A stretch of 64,000 nt of DNA from Utricularia gibba (GCA_002189035.1 NEEC01000010.1:310001-374000); one strand, 5' to 3'; counted from the first letter of the stretch, positions 34,806-49,278 are shown. Program-made: numbers and translations. Notes: generated by a model from the letters alone, not told the origin.

Positions 34806-37800
34806 CCTCATCTAGAACCTGCAATCTCTTTTGAATGCTGACCTTAAACATCCGCTAGTGTTTCATCTTCACGTATGACTAAAAAGAATGGATCACCAAA
34901 GTTTTGAACTTGCTGCTAGGGTAAATGCCAAGAAGAATCAAGCACATGTACATCGATATTATGTGCATATGATATCTAGAGGGTTTGCATACCACTTGAT
35001 TCTGTTGCGTCTCTTTTCTGAAATGATAAACATGAATAAGATGATCACTAGGACCAAGATTCTTTTCTTCTTCTGGAATCTGAGATAGACACTGATACTG
35101 GAGTGTTACACATCCTAAATGCAGCCATGAGGAAACGAGCATCAGTAAAACTACGATCCCCAAATCAAAGCCCACTGACAGTTTGCAGAATAATAGACTG
35201 TTCACCTCCTCAGCACGCAGAGTCCAGTACAGGTCATTAATGTTCTCGATCTTCTCAGTGACAGGAAAGATCTGTAAAGCCAATAAAAAAAAATACAATA
35301 ATCTAGACATGTGAAGATTTGTATCCTAGTTCAATAACAATACCAAAAGACATGGAAGCACACAAGCCCAAACAACCTTGGACATGAAAAGTTCCATAAA
35401 GTGAGCTGAAGGATGAAATCACGCAAAGGAACAAACCATTACCTTTTAAATTTTATGGTAGAAAACTTCGAGCAGCCTACCATAGAAATCCAAACTTGTT
35501 CATAAAAATGTTCACCTCATCCTTGGTTGCATGATAAAAAGTAACTTTCAGAGTCTTTAGGCACTGCAGTTCTGGAAGAGGAATGTCCAGCACTTCGTAA
35601 TGTAGAACATCAGAAACCTACAGAAACAACCAGGTTCATGTAGTACTCTAGAAATTGCCACAATATCAAGACCAACTTTAGCAAAAAAACGCAACAATCA
35701 AAAGTTCAATATCTAAAGTACCTGATTATAGTGGACAAGCATATCTAGCAAATGTTCCACTGAACGATATTTTATGGGATTGGGTTTTGGCTGCTGAGAA
35801 TAGCAGTTGTGAGGAGTAAGCCAAATTTTGGACGGGTCATCCAAACCAAGATGCTGAGCCACTCTTTCAACAACGCCATCATAAGTGTGATTTTTTGCTC
35901 TGTAATTATAGAAAAAAAATAACACACCCTAGTTTTACTAGACCATTGAAATTTAAATAGAGTACAGCACTCTTCACAAAGGAAAACTACCACACAACAC
36001 TCACAGTTCCAGGAAAAACCCATCCTCTTTGGGCCTTTCAAAGGTTCGAAAATGTACAATCTGTAGAGATAAAGGAGATCAATAATAAACTTCACATATA
36101 AAATACTGTGCAATTATGGTAGTCTAGGGAGGAAGGTTTTCGCATTGTTGCAAGGCCTATGCAAAAGATATGCTAATTTGGGAGGATATATCGTTATAAT
36201 TGGATATATACGGTTAAATACAGCAAAGAGAATCTTAATAATCATAGAAAACGTATTAATGGAATATAGGAAGATTTACCTGACGATTGCTCACATACTC
36301 CAAAAAAGAGGGAACATCACGATATCTGATTTGCCCATCCTTCAAGCTGATCAACACAGAAAAAAAGGGGTGGGGGGCAAATAAATAATACAGGAAGGAA
36401 AAACGCAGCATAAATCCAGATCAATAGAGCACTAAGTACCTGACTAAATCAAAATGAAGCTCTTTTTTCAAGGCGTTCACATATGACAGATGGATCAAAT
36501 TTTATTTCCTAAACACACAAATAAACAGAGTTCAAATAAATGATCAAGTAGCCTGAAGTGAAGGGATTCCAGTTTGCAGATGATGTCCCATGCGCAAATA
36601 CAACTTTAGATGAGCATAAACCTTGAAGAGCTCAATCTCTTGTTCAGGAGCAAATCCAGCTAATTCATTTAATTTTCCTAAGATTTCCATTGGCTTTCCA
36701 GAGATTTCAACAAACATCCGTCCAACATATCTGGAGAAATCCACATAAAAGTAGCAGTTTTGAAACAGTGAAAATAAGAACAAATATAGTCAGTGGAAAA
36801 AAGAAAAATCTTTTTCATTTTGTCAGGATTGAGTTTTCAAATAGGATGTATGAAGCACATACCGCATTTGCACTTTCTCAGGATCATATAGCTTAAAAAA
36901 CAGCAATATGTCCTTCTGTCAGGTGGAGGAACTAAATGTAAATCCTGTAATTTTCAAATAGAAAATAAGATCAAATTGGTGTCAAAGTACTGTCATTTGC
37001 TAAGCTACGTGCTAATACCATCCATTAGGTCAAGAAACAAGTACCGGCCCATATTCCACTTCAAGAAAAAGCTTCAGTTCGGCATTTTGCACCTTGTTTG
37101 AGACTTCTCTCAGTGCTCCAACCTGCACAAGAGAATTATGGTCCTCATGTGAGATGATATGACAAAACATATCTAATTCAACTTCTCCTACATGAAAAAA
37201 ATTATTCCAACTAACACAAAAGGGGGGGGGGGTGATAATAATTTTAAATAAAACGATAGTCATGCTAACACAAAAATACTGTATTTTTCTGATAATAAAA
37301 AACGTGAAAACACTGTGGAAATCAAGGAATCTTTTTTCATTTAAGGCAAACTATACCTCCCTTTCTTGGTATTTTCAAATAGCTATATTAAACATCTCTT
37401 TCAATTTCAGAAGTTGTTGAAAACGAATAAATACAGGCTATAGGATACTGCAATATACTTACAGTCTGGGCTTCCTCCTGGGTTGTTAGTGGTCGATTTG
37501 GACGGTAAGTATGATTCTGTCTTTTAGCCCATATCCAAAAGCGCTGAAATTGAACAGGTATACCAAATTCTCTGGCAACCTCCTCCTTCATGATCGTAAA
37601 AAGACTACTTGAGTCTTATGAGGAACAGAAAAAACTGAACAATACTAAGCCTGGTTTTTAGCAATTAATGAACCTTGAACAGACTGAAAGGTATATGTTT
37701 CTGGATTCGAAAGCTTCGAACTTTGTCATGATCAACAAGATCAAAATATATATGTTTTCCAATTTGTTCCATCAAATCCTCATCTCGTGCGACCTGAAAT

Positions 37801-40800
37801 GAAATTTCAACTCTAGAGGATAATCGAATCTTTAAGAACAATATTAATGAAGATAGTACACTACAACTACAAATAACCTTGATAACTGTGTAAAGATGTG
37901 CTTCGGCTTTGTATCTTCTCTTATCTTCTTTCACCTCTTGTTCTTTATTCAGCCTGACCTGTTGAAGTAAAAATGCAGTAGATTTTTCCAGTGAGCAGGA
38001 AAACCATAATTCATAAATTCTGCATTAGTAATACCCGAAGATGCTCTGCTATATCCTTCTCATCAACACCACAGATGATATTATCCTTGTCACTTACTCG
38101 TATATACACAAGCATGTATGCATTAGGGTATTTTGTAAATTAGAATGGAGTGTTTTTGTAGCCAGGATTCGTCTGTGGGGGCTGTGACATAGAGAGCATA
38201 ACCTCACAAGGAAATTTCAACTAATAGAAAACAACATAAAGAAAACATGCGACGCTACCTCTTCTTCACCACCATATTGCTCCTCCAATGCTCTCTTGGA
38301 ATCCTCTTTAGTTACTCTGTCGTCATCAAATTTTTGCCTGCAAAATGCGAATTGGAACAAAGAACACCCAGAAAAATTTTGGGCTTACTTGACACATCTT
38401 GAACATAGAAGCAAATGGATATGGATCCACCACGAAATCTTAGGGCATAATTTAAGATAATTCAAATTTTATAGCTAATCCATTAGATGCACCCTTCTAA
38501 ACAGTAAAGGCATTCTTCTGATCTTCCTCATTAACAATGAAGGCAGAAATCAAATATAACTTACAAAAATTGTTCCTGATACCAATTACCATACAGCAGA
38601 AAAATCTCAAAGGAGAACTTAACAGTACGTTTAAGAAACAAAAGCATGACTGGAACTTGGGAAAAACTAAAGTGCAAGGCGATACCATTGATCCGAGAGT
38701 GTTGGCCTGATGAAAGCATAATAATGACCGCCATGGACCCCACCACTATGAACCAATACACTGAAACAAAAAAGGCACGTCTCAAGACTAGGGCCAAAAG
38801 AATTATCACCTTAGGCCCTACACTAAACTAATCACTCAGCATTAAAAACAAAACTCTTCGTAGGTATAAATGGATAGAGAAAATATCAACCATCCCGATA
38901 AAGCACTGGCCAGTTCGAAGTAACATGTCACAATGTACAGAAAAAAGAAATAAGAAAATGGAACCCTTGCAGACATAAATGATGAATTATCAACAACGAT
39001 GCTTGCACATTTTCCCAAAAAGTGGATGCCCACGGACTGCCTTAGTGTTTGTCTCCACATTTTGTTTTTAATTTAAATATGTATGTGTTTATTTGTTCAT
39101 TCTAATCATCATATACATAAACATAGGGAACACAGTAGGGTGAGCAATATAACCTATGAAGCATGTAAAGATTCCGGACGCTCCTATCTGCCTTGGGAGA
39201 TAAATATTTTCCACTGCCTCTATCTAAATCTAGTTCTATAGGGAACTCATAGCCATCATTTATCTGCAGACATGAAGCGCAAAATACATGAAATTTTGTT
39301 ATCAAGCATATGAAAGCCAAACACAAGATTGATGCTGCAACAATATGACCAGAAATGTTAACTGCATGGTTTTAACGAGGGAATCAAACTGCATTACTAC
39401 AGCAGCAATGCGCAACATTTATTACCATGGCCCAGAAACACATCAAGTCTTCAAGACAATCAAAGTTAAGCATACAATGACATTTAAGTAACACTAGATG
39501 ACGAACTTTAACCATAGTATCCCCCATGAAATCATACTCAAAATGCTTTAACTGAAGCTGAAGAACTGGAGGGAAGTCAATGAACAAGACACCCTTCTTG
39601 GCATCCTGAAAGACTTACACATAGTGATGACTTAATGGGAAACACTGGACATTGGTTTGCAGCACATTGCAACATTGAAAATCTTCTCCAGCTATCCAAC
39701 TATCTATAGTTTTTAACAATCCTTTTTCATCAAACACAATACCAACAATCACTTGTAATTAGACAGGTTGTTTCTGAAGCTGATAAGTGCAACCTACCTG
39801 CAAACCATGTTGTGCAGCATGATATTTGTTGTCTCCCTCCAGACGTTCAACTTCTACATATTTTTCAAAGGAAGCATACACATCCTTACAACCTTTTACA
39901 TCGAGTTGAAGATCTGCAATGCAGCAAGGACAATCTGCCAAAATTCTATCCAAATACCAAATATTCAAATGCAAGTTTATTGATACCATAAAATGATTCT
40001 TCCCTAGACAAATGAAGCACTCGATTAAAATTAAATTGTGCACAGGCACTCAAATACCTCATGCAGAAGAAGGAAGGCAGCAGTACCTTCATCTTGTCCT
40101 CAAGCTTCTCACACAGAACTCTATTGAGTTCCTGCACATCATGTTGCATAAATGAATCACATGTGTCCCATCCAAATGATTTAGTCAATTCTTTGGTAGC
40201 AACGCTTGTGTCATGGTATTGCAGCTTATAAAATAAGCTCTGTAACGCTAGAGGTATGCTTGCAGATGGATTATCACTTTCAGTGGTAGGCATATGAGAT
40301 TTTCGGGAAAATGCTTTCAGGTATTGCAGTGATACTTGATGCACAAAAAATATTAACATATCAGAACTAATCAAATCCAGAAATAAATAGCAACCTTTCT
40401 GAAGTAAGGAATATGATTCAAAGTCTGAAGCAGAGAGTTCATGTAACAAGTTGCTCCCTGATTCTTAAGTCCAACATACCCAGTCTCCTTCTTTGAGTCA
40501 TATGACCAGTAATCAATGACCTTACAAACAGCGACATCAGCTTCAACGACACATGTATCATTAACGAGGTATCCCTTGCTAGGGTCAAAAAGGTCGCTTA
40601 GGGGCACGAAAGATGTGAAACCCCAATCACTTTCTCTCTGATTGAACTGGTGCTGTGTGTCTGGAACACATTGTTACCAAAATTATTAAAATAAAATGTG
40701 TATCACTGATTTGCTATTACATTTAAATAATGACAACTAATATATGATCGGAATACAGAACCAATCTAGCATATTTGAGATAGCATACGAAAACTCCAAG

Positions 40801-42013
40801 CACTCTTCCCACTTATGTTCTTGGATACGTGTATCTCATGGTGTATGAAACACTACTTTTGATAGGAAATGCTAGGGATGTCGTCAGATTGATCTATGGA
40901 CGTGTCGTGCACATGTCAAGTTTCAGCCTTCAAATCACCAAAATTCAAGCAGTTTCAGGACGCAACTTTCTTTATTGTATACTTGGGATTCAATTGATTA
41001 ACTACGGCTAAGCTAAACTGAGCATATCTGCTCCACCCATAAGGTAAGGTAGCTGAATCAGCCACATCTAAGTACATCGACATGTACTCCACGTTATTTC
41101 CTTTTGGAAAAATAAGAACCCTCCTGCAGCAGCCAAAGCAATCCCAAAGGGACACTGGTCAATCTTAGAAGCAAGCCAATGTTGACACAATCTAGTGGGC
41201 ACACGCAGTACTGTTCATTTCATGCTAAAAAGACAAGATAATTTTATTTCAAAACTTGCAAAATTACCATTTATAACCACCAACCATAAAGACATCGGTG
41301 TAGAGCTTCTTCGAGTTCAATCGAGAAAAGTTCTGAATCGTCCATGTGAATCGGATGCTTGTGGCTCATCATTCTGCTGGCTTTCAGCATTAGCAACACT
41401 TCCAGCTGGCACCACTGCAGGAATGACAGTAGTTTAAAATAAGAAAACATGATGAAGTCAAACTAAAAGACGAAATTCCACTCCAAAAGTCAGATATTGA
41501 AATTCTGACGCGATGCATGGAAAGAGAAGACTACTTAACGAAAAACCCATCACATTTGGAAAAAGCATGAGAACGCGCCCAGGAGTAGCACCTTCCATTG
41601 GTTGCGGCCCCTCAATTAAAGCCGGGTGCGGCACGAGCATCTCTTCATCTTCCTGCTGCTGAAGTTTTCAGAGCCCAACGCAAAGGAACAAAATGAGCTT
41701 GATCTAGGAAAACCCAAACTTGATAGAAAAAATAAAAACGTGAATTCAAGTGATTCCCACATATTAACTGGAATTCAATCCAATTTCTTAAACCTCTAGA
41801 TACTCCAGCGCAAAGCCGCAGTTGATGTCAAATCAATCAATCATGGTTCCACACAGAGTCCATAAAAAATCAAGAAAGGTGTCCCATGTATTCCACAGCG
41901 GCAAACAACGTACACTGGGGAACTAATGAAAAAAGCATATCTTAATCTGATTGAAAAAAGCACGGTTGAGTGGAGTTAGTTACATCCAACGGCTGCGGCG
42001 TCATCAATGTCAT
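34806..42013 (-). pseudogene. UBP12: Ubiquitin carboxyl-terminal hydrolase 12/13-like (MATH + USP + UBL domains) pseudogene, 3'-truncated
   Basis: Exons encode [59 protein letters not shown] and AKRQNHTYRPNRPL. Lesions: 1-bp deletion at about 41353, broken donor at 40965, exon 7 reduced to 17 nt (39987-40003), TAA 38140-38142, TGA 36449-36451, further indels, and loss of the last exons. UBP12 versus UBP13 not resolved. Confidence 0.93.
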
Positions 42014-42503
42014 CCCTGAGGAGGTTGCAACAGCCGGAATCAAACGAATCACCGTGATTCGAGGGCTTGAATGGAGCGAAGGAAGAGAAAGGGCTCCATT
42101 CACAGAGCAAGACAGACCATCAACGTTAGTGTAAGTTTTCTCAAGCGTGGAGTCGAGGGGTTTTTTTTTAATGACACAATCACACTAAAAACAGTAATAA
42201 TTAGCGTTTGATAGGGAGGTGGGTGTTAATTCTCAAAGATTTTATATTATGTATCAATATAATGTGAAACTAGAGAGACCGACTCGGCTGTACCCATAGT
42301 AAAAATAAAAATTAAGTGCAACTAAGCAAGCTTTAACTGTCTAATTAATGATGCGGAATGCAGATTCTCAATGTCTTTCCTAAAGTTTCAGGTTTATCTC
42401 TTACTGAAAACGAGAATGATGAATTCAAGTACATTGGGCGGCCCAAGGGAGCAATGATAATTCCATTCAGTTCAGAGTTCAGACCGAGGCCCGGCGGCAG
42501 ACG

Positions 42504-43886
42504 TCACCGGGAGAAGTATGTCTTCGGCGAGAAGAGCCGCCGTGGCGAGAACATCCCCATGTACCTCGGCGACGCCAACGCGTCAACCGGACGGTAAGGG
42601 GGCAAAATATAACCTTCTCCGGCATTCAACCTGTCGGCTGGGGCGCTGCTGAACGTCCCGCACTTCGCCAACTTCCCAAGCCACGAATTCCTCTTCCGTG
42701 GCGGCGATTTCTCGGTCCCGTTGATTTTATCGCACATATACGTTTTCACAACGTGCAGCCCCAACTCCATCACATCCGGCGGCGGCCAAACCAGAGGATT
42801 CCCCTCGGCGTTGAGCTTCTGAAGGCGCTTTAAACATCCGATTGATTCCGGTAGGGCGGTGATTCTATTGTAGCTGACGTCGAGTTCGACCAGGGAAATT
42901 AAGAGGCCGACGGAGTACGGCAGTGCCCCCAGGTGCTGGAAATTCTGGCTGACGTTGAGGATTTCGAGGTTAATGAGATTCTCCAGGTCATCTGGAAGTG
43001 ATTGCAGGCAGTTCAGGCGAACGTCCAGGACTCGCAGACTGGTCAAGTGGGAAGAGGAGGAAGGAAGAAAGGCTAGTTTATTCGAATTTACAGACAATTT
43101 CTTGAGGCTCTGTAGCTCGAATCCGATTGTATCAGGGAGTCTGCTAAGCTTGTTGAAGTTGGCGTTGAGTTCTTCCAAAGATCTGCATCAGCATACACAA
43201 AAATATCACGTTTGGTGGAGGTGACAGATTCAAACAAGGCCTTAGTTGGAAAAAGAAAAACGTAGACTAAGTTTTCCAGATTGGATCATCAAATTTGACT
43301 TTTTGCAAGGATAAGAGAAGAGGAAAAAAAGCAGGTCAACGAACCTGCAGTTCTCTAAAGATGGGGGAAAACATTGAAGAAGATTGCCGGAGACGTTCAG
43401 TATCTTGAGCTTTGATAAACAACCGATGGAATTTGGGAGAGATTTGAGCTGATTCGAACGCACATCCAAAACGATTAGGTTTACAAGTCTCGCCGTCAGC
43501 GATTCCGGAATGCTCTGCGAACGACGAGCACAGTTGGCAACTATTGTCATTCAACTCATTATCACGGACGGGATTATTCGCTCTCTCGATTCCTTCTATA
43601 TGGCATCTCTACCGAAACCGATGCAAGATGAACGTATCTCATCTCCCAGAATCAGGTTCAAAAATAGAGAGAGTACCTGGAGATTATTGTTGGAGAGATC
43701 CAATTTACAGATGGCGTAGAGATCGATGACCGGTTCCGGCACGGCGTCCAGCGACATCGAACTGAGATCGACGATCTCAAGCTTCCGATGATTCTCCTCC
43801 GCAGCCGCATCGCCGCTGCCGCGGCGACCTCTACGCGGTGTCCTACTCCTCCTGCTCCGCAAATCCATCTCATTCACGTACATCAT
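42504..43886 (-). CDS. PIRL: Plant intracellular Ras-group-related LRR protein (PIRL6/7/8 subfamily), intact, 352 aa
   Basis: Exons 43677-43886, 43345-43514 and 42504-43182; GT-AG; 1059 nt in frame. LxxLxLxxN repeats, [21 protein letters not shown], and C-terminal [10 protein letters not shown]. Confidence 0.93.
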
Positions 43887-44632
43887 CCCCTTCCCAACAC
43901 ACACGCACCACAATGGATGGACAGATCGATTTCAAAACCAAAGAAAAAGTATTTCAGATGGAGAAACGAATCAAGTAGCAATCAAAACTCAGATGACACC
44001 GATCCACACATCTAGCTTTTGTATATATAGAGAAATGTACGGACGGAGAGGGCGAGGTTGCAGGTACAGAGTCCGTACAAATTGCGTGCGTGATGAGAAA
44101 TGAATGCAATGGAAGAGACGAGACGTGCCGTTACGAGGTCCGCTCAATTTCATTTATTTACATTATTTCCTGATCAGGATTCGGCATGATCCAATTTCCA
44201 AGGGCTGATTAAAATTCTGAACAAGGATATCAATCAATTCAGATAGCACACATTAATACGTGACAAGATTTTAGGTTCAAAAACTAACATACCAATTGGA
44301 CCTGGGGTACTCTATAATATTAAATTGGATGATAGTGTTCTGTCTTATGCCTACAATGTGACTTTTCTCATGCTCGTCCACGACCCCAAAACGCATTCTA
44401 TTACCTAACACGACGCATCAGATGCTCCGCCCATGTAACTGAAATCTATATCACGATGGGTTTTCGTACAATGGCCGTACTGCCGAGGTGATCAAATGGG
44501 ACCAGACCGAATTGAAAGAAGCGAGAGAGGTAACGTGCCGTAACCAACCACGTCCCGTTTGATGCATTATCGATGCCATTTCATATTTATAATGCCGTCA
44601 TTTGACATCTTCGTCTCTATCCAATAAATATT

Positions 44633-47600
44633 TAAAAAAAAACAAGAAAAACATGGTGCCAATTGTCGTTTTTTATGGAAAATGTCAGTAGCACCACCCC
44701 AAGTTCAATGATATTGGAAGACGGCCACTTGCTAAGCACCATTGTCTAATTAGAAATTGGGTGGTGACGCTTTTGATCACCAGTTTTTTTAGTTCGATAG
44801 TTTCGATCAATATATCATTTGATTTAAAAATGAGTACAATATTTTAACGACTTGTTAGTTTCAATCAGTACATTTTACTATATTAGTCTTGATCATATTA
44901 TATTATTATTATTTACATAATTTACCTTTAATATTTATACTTTTGACAATTAACAATTCACATATTATGCAAAATCTGACTAACATATTTTGAAAAAATG
45001 TGGTTTTGATTTTAAGTTTTATTAATGATGACAAAACTGACAAAGAATATTTATCCATTAGGTAAATTTTACCAATATTTAAATTATTTTATTGATTTGA
45101 TAATTTAGACCATCAATTAGTTATGCTAAAATACTCACTTTAATCTATTTTACAGATTTTATAATTTTTATCATTAAAATATGTACACCTTTGAGTATCA
45201 ATTGTTATTATAATTTATATAATTAATCTTTAATTATTTGCATATAATATAATTTTTGTTAACATATTTTGAAAATATGCATTTGTATGTTATTTTTATC
45301 AATATTAAAATATAAATTACTTATATGATTCTTTATGACTTAAATTTTAACATAATTTAATATTAGTTAATACTTTTTTTAGAATTTCTAAAAATATATA
45401 TACTGAAAATAACATACAGATATAGGTTATGTCTAGCTGAATTTTGTGTGTCACAGTACAAAAAAATAACTTTTAAGCATGGGTTAAACCCCCTCTTATT
45501 AGTGTCATATTTTTTAAAAATAATAGGCATCATATAAATTGTTTATTTCATTTAATGTACAAATAATAATTAATTGCATATTGAAAATATTATCAATATT
45601 TATTCATATGCAATTTTATATGAATAATGATACAACATTGAAACATCAGTTATTATAAACATATTAATTTTTATTTCTAATTTTATAAAAAAAACATAAT
45701 TTGAAACAAATTCAAATAGAACTATTGACTTACATATTTTAAAAATAATATATTATCAATTAAGCTATGAGCAATTTTTTTTGAATATGTACATGGATAT
45801 CGTTATTAGTGAATATGTTCTATACACAATCTCATTTAAATGATAAATCTTATTTTTTAATATTTTATTTTTAATATTGATCGAATTTATATCAATGATA
45901 AAATACTTTATTTAATTTATATGATGTATAAATTATTGTGAGATCATAATGCGTGATTCTTTAAACATTTATTTTTAAGTTAAAAAATCTATAAAAAAGT
46001 ATTTGTAAAATGAGTATATCATAAGTGTGGATAATCTGGTACAAAGTGATTTTCTTAATAAATTATTAGAACCAATGTGTGAGTATTAATTAAAGAATCG
46101 ATTCACTAAATAATTCATTTTTAAGATATTACTATGAAAAGCTAACTGAGTAACAGTATTAAAATCTTGAATATGATATTCGTGCAACTAAACTTAGATT
46201 CTACATCAATAAAGTTATCTTAATCTTAACCTCATATTTTTTTTCATTATTAATGAAAGTCTGACTATGGCTTATCTAGTATGGATGAACAGAGATGCAA
46301 GTTTTTAAAATTGAAGATAGTTGATTAATCAATTAATAATTAATCACTTATGTTAGCTATGAAATGTTATCTCAAATAATTACATTAAACCTAACAATAA
46401 TTTCTTTGCCCAGATCAACTATACTCAAAGAGTTTTATTAGGTCATTTAATATTAATGCTTAAATGCAATTATAAATTCAATACATTAGAAAGATATATA
46501 CCCATATTTTGTATTGAATAAACTTATATGAATGATGAAAGTTATTTATTGCATATTGACTGGTCATAGAAAGATTCAATCAATTCACCTGATTTTCATG
46601 ATATATCATGATATATCGCTAGCCATCATTCATGATAATAAATGGATTTTATTAATTAAAAATTAATTAATAAATTCATTATTACAACATTGATTGAAAA
46701 AATCTATAGGGTTATACACAATAGTGCAATGATGATTACAATAAAGGATTATTTTGAGATTAAATTGATAAAATATAAAATAAGAAATATGATATGGATA
46801 ACATTTAGCAATATATTTTTTCTTAGATTTCCATGAAATAAGATATTCAAAGAGATTTGATTAGATATATTATCAAATATTTTTATAAGAATGTGGAAAA
46901 ATTTGTTTTTCTAGGTTTTTTTATTTCTTCATTCTCTTTGAGATTTATCTAAAGAATAATGATTCTCTCTACTAACATCTAAGAAATCGATCATCATTCC
47001 ATGACTTGTCAACAAATCTCTTCACATGTGGATACCATAGAGACAGTATCTTTGATAAGTGATTTTGTGTCGTTCCAAAACATATTCTTCCACTACTCTT
47101 GAGTATTGTTTTTACTTATCTTAGACCCCACTTTCTCATTATTCTCAATTGATTTTGCATCTTTCACACTACTTTGATCTTTTTGGAGAGAAAGTGTATT
47201 TTGTTGATTTTTAGGGTACTTTTGGATCAATTTGAGGAGAAATCAAAACCCACCAAATTATGGACTTGATGGACCATGAATCTCAACCCAAGACTCGGTC
47301 AATCGATAAAGATTTAGTCCAAGATTCATGGATAAGATAGAGATATGAAGATGATCTTCGAAGATTTGAATAAAAGATTTGGATAGAAGATCTTATCTAA
47401 GCCCATCAAATAAGTTCAATACGAAGACTTGGATTGACTCTCCTATAAATACCCCACCCTTTCAACCATTAGAAACGTCTTTGACCACTTTTCCTTTGTA
47501 CTTTTCCTATTTTCGTGTCTATTTTCATGTTAGAGTCGAGCCTGCGCGTGTAGGCGCTTGCGGCTGAGGATCTGCGGTGAAGCCTTGCTTGCGCAAGTCC

Positions 47601-48949
47601 TGCACGTGTGACTGTTTTACTATGTTTTCGACATTTAAATTGAAGTTTGATTCTGTTTTTCGCAACGTTTTCTTTACCAACGTGATCTTTAGTATCACAT
47701 AACCCGAAGGGAGTGTGAGAGAATCAAAGGTTGGCCTCAAACACCTAAGGAGAAGGGCTCAATCGGATATCGTTGGTAAGGCACATTCTGTCTAATCTGT
47801 CTACGAGGTGTGAGGTGTAGGGGTTAGATTTGGATGTGGGGAAAACATAGGTTATCACAAGAGGCGAAATGGCTCTGGTGGCATGGTTGATTCCATAATC
47901 CCAAAAACAAGGGACGGTGCTATAACGGTCACCGAGTAATACTACTTTAGAATAACACTCTCAGAGCTTGCGCAAGCAGGTCAGTCTTCAAGGTTTGCAC
48001 ACACGCAAGGGCGAGTTTCAAGTAAGGTGGATATTAGATCCAATGCCATTTTACTTATTGTTTTCAAAACCAAATCTTTCTTTTATTTTCGTACTTTTTT
48101 CAGTCTTTGTTTGAAAAGAAAATTCTAATAACAATTCCCTGTGGATACGATCTTATTTTATTACTTCGACGGTTTCTGTGCACTTGCAGAATTACCATCA
48201 ATCTTATTGGTGGTTGGTGGATGATGGAGTCCATTGAAATATACTTTTAATTTCGTTTTATCTGATATATGCAATATTTCAAAATCTGCTATTTGGGTTT
48301 TTAAAAAATTATAAAATTCCATTGCTTTTATAATATACGATGTCTGCAAGAAACCTTACATAAACTACATTCATGTGGTTTTTTTTATATATATTTGAAT
48401 GCCACTTATACATAAATTGTATTGTGTAGTTTTGGATATGCATACAAGTGATGTGTATAACCTAAATTTGTAGTTTGGTTGTTCATATGTTGTTTTTTGA
48501 AGATGTAGGTTAAGGGTTTGATTTTTATTCATTGCAAATTATATTTTTTTATAAAATTAAAAGATTTAAATTATGAAATGTTGAAACTAGCCCATATTAT
48601 ATCAAATGCTATTTTAATAAAACATTAGACACCAAATATGATAATATAATAAATTGATTAAAGTACGAAAATTGTATTTTTAAGATAACATTTATACTGA
48701 TTTTATCAATAAGCACATCAAAATGATAAATTAATTAAAATATTAAAACTATAATGGTTACTCTTAGCACAAGTTGTAAGCATTTAGCTCAAAATTAGTA
48801 TTAATCTCATTTGAAATTAATATTCTAAAAAAATAAGAAAAACATGATGCAAGTTGTTGTTTTTTAAGGAAAATGTGACTAGCACCACCCCAAGTTCAAT
48901 GATAATGCAAGACACCCACCGGCTAAGCAGCATTGTGTTAGTAGAAATT
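44633..48949 (+). repeat. Dispersed direct repeat of about 125 bp (44633-44758 and 48826-48949)
   Basis: Both copies contain AAGAAAAACATG.TGC.A.TTGT.GTTTTTTA.GGAAAATGT.A.TAGCACCACCCCAAGTTCAATGATA...GCTAAGCA.CATTGT...TAGAAATT. Confidence 0.85.
47053..48200 (+). mobile_element. Solo LTR, family F copy 1
   Basis: TGATAAGTGATTTTGTGTCG...CCATCA; perfect TSD ATCTT (47048-47052, 48201-48205); homologous to 62306-63427. Confidence 0.93.
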
Positions 48950-49278
48950 ATTGTTGTGAAGTTGGTTGAGGTCCCTTCAATGTCATATGAACTATAAACT
49001 CCGAGAGGAGTTCAATGTCCGATTCGACGGACATGTGGGTGCCAATATGTTTGCACCCACATCCAGTTATAAGAGGCGATTAGACAATAGGTTATGCTAA
49101 CCAATGGAATTCCTCCACTAAGATCAGCTTTCATAGTTTCAAAGCATCATCCAGTTGATGTAAGAGAGTGCTATAATTGTAAAAGAAAAAGATACCCAAG
49201 TTATGACTATCCACACCCACGGAATCCAACTGATGTAAGGCGTGGTAGAGGCCATGGTGGTAGGAGAGAGTGCGGGGG

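Noticed and set aside
41353-41354. Idea that the UBP gene is intact and only suffers homopolymer sequencing errors
   Set aside because: Some lesions are 1-bp run contractions, but the two nonsense codons, the 90-nt exon deletion and the 3' truncation cannot be explained that way.
44760-47050. Very AT-rich tract as a possible Helitron or matrix-attachment region
   Set aside because: No diagnostic termini or hairpin could be located by eye.
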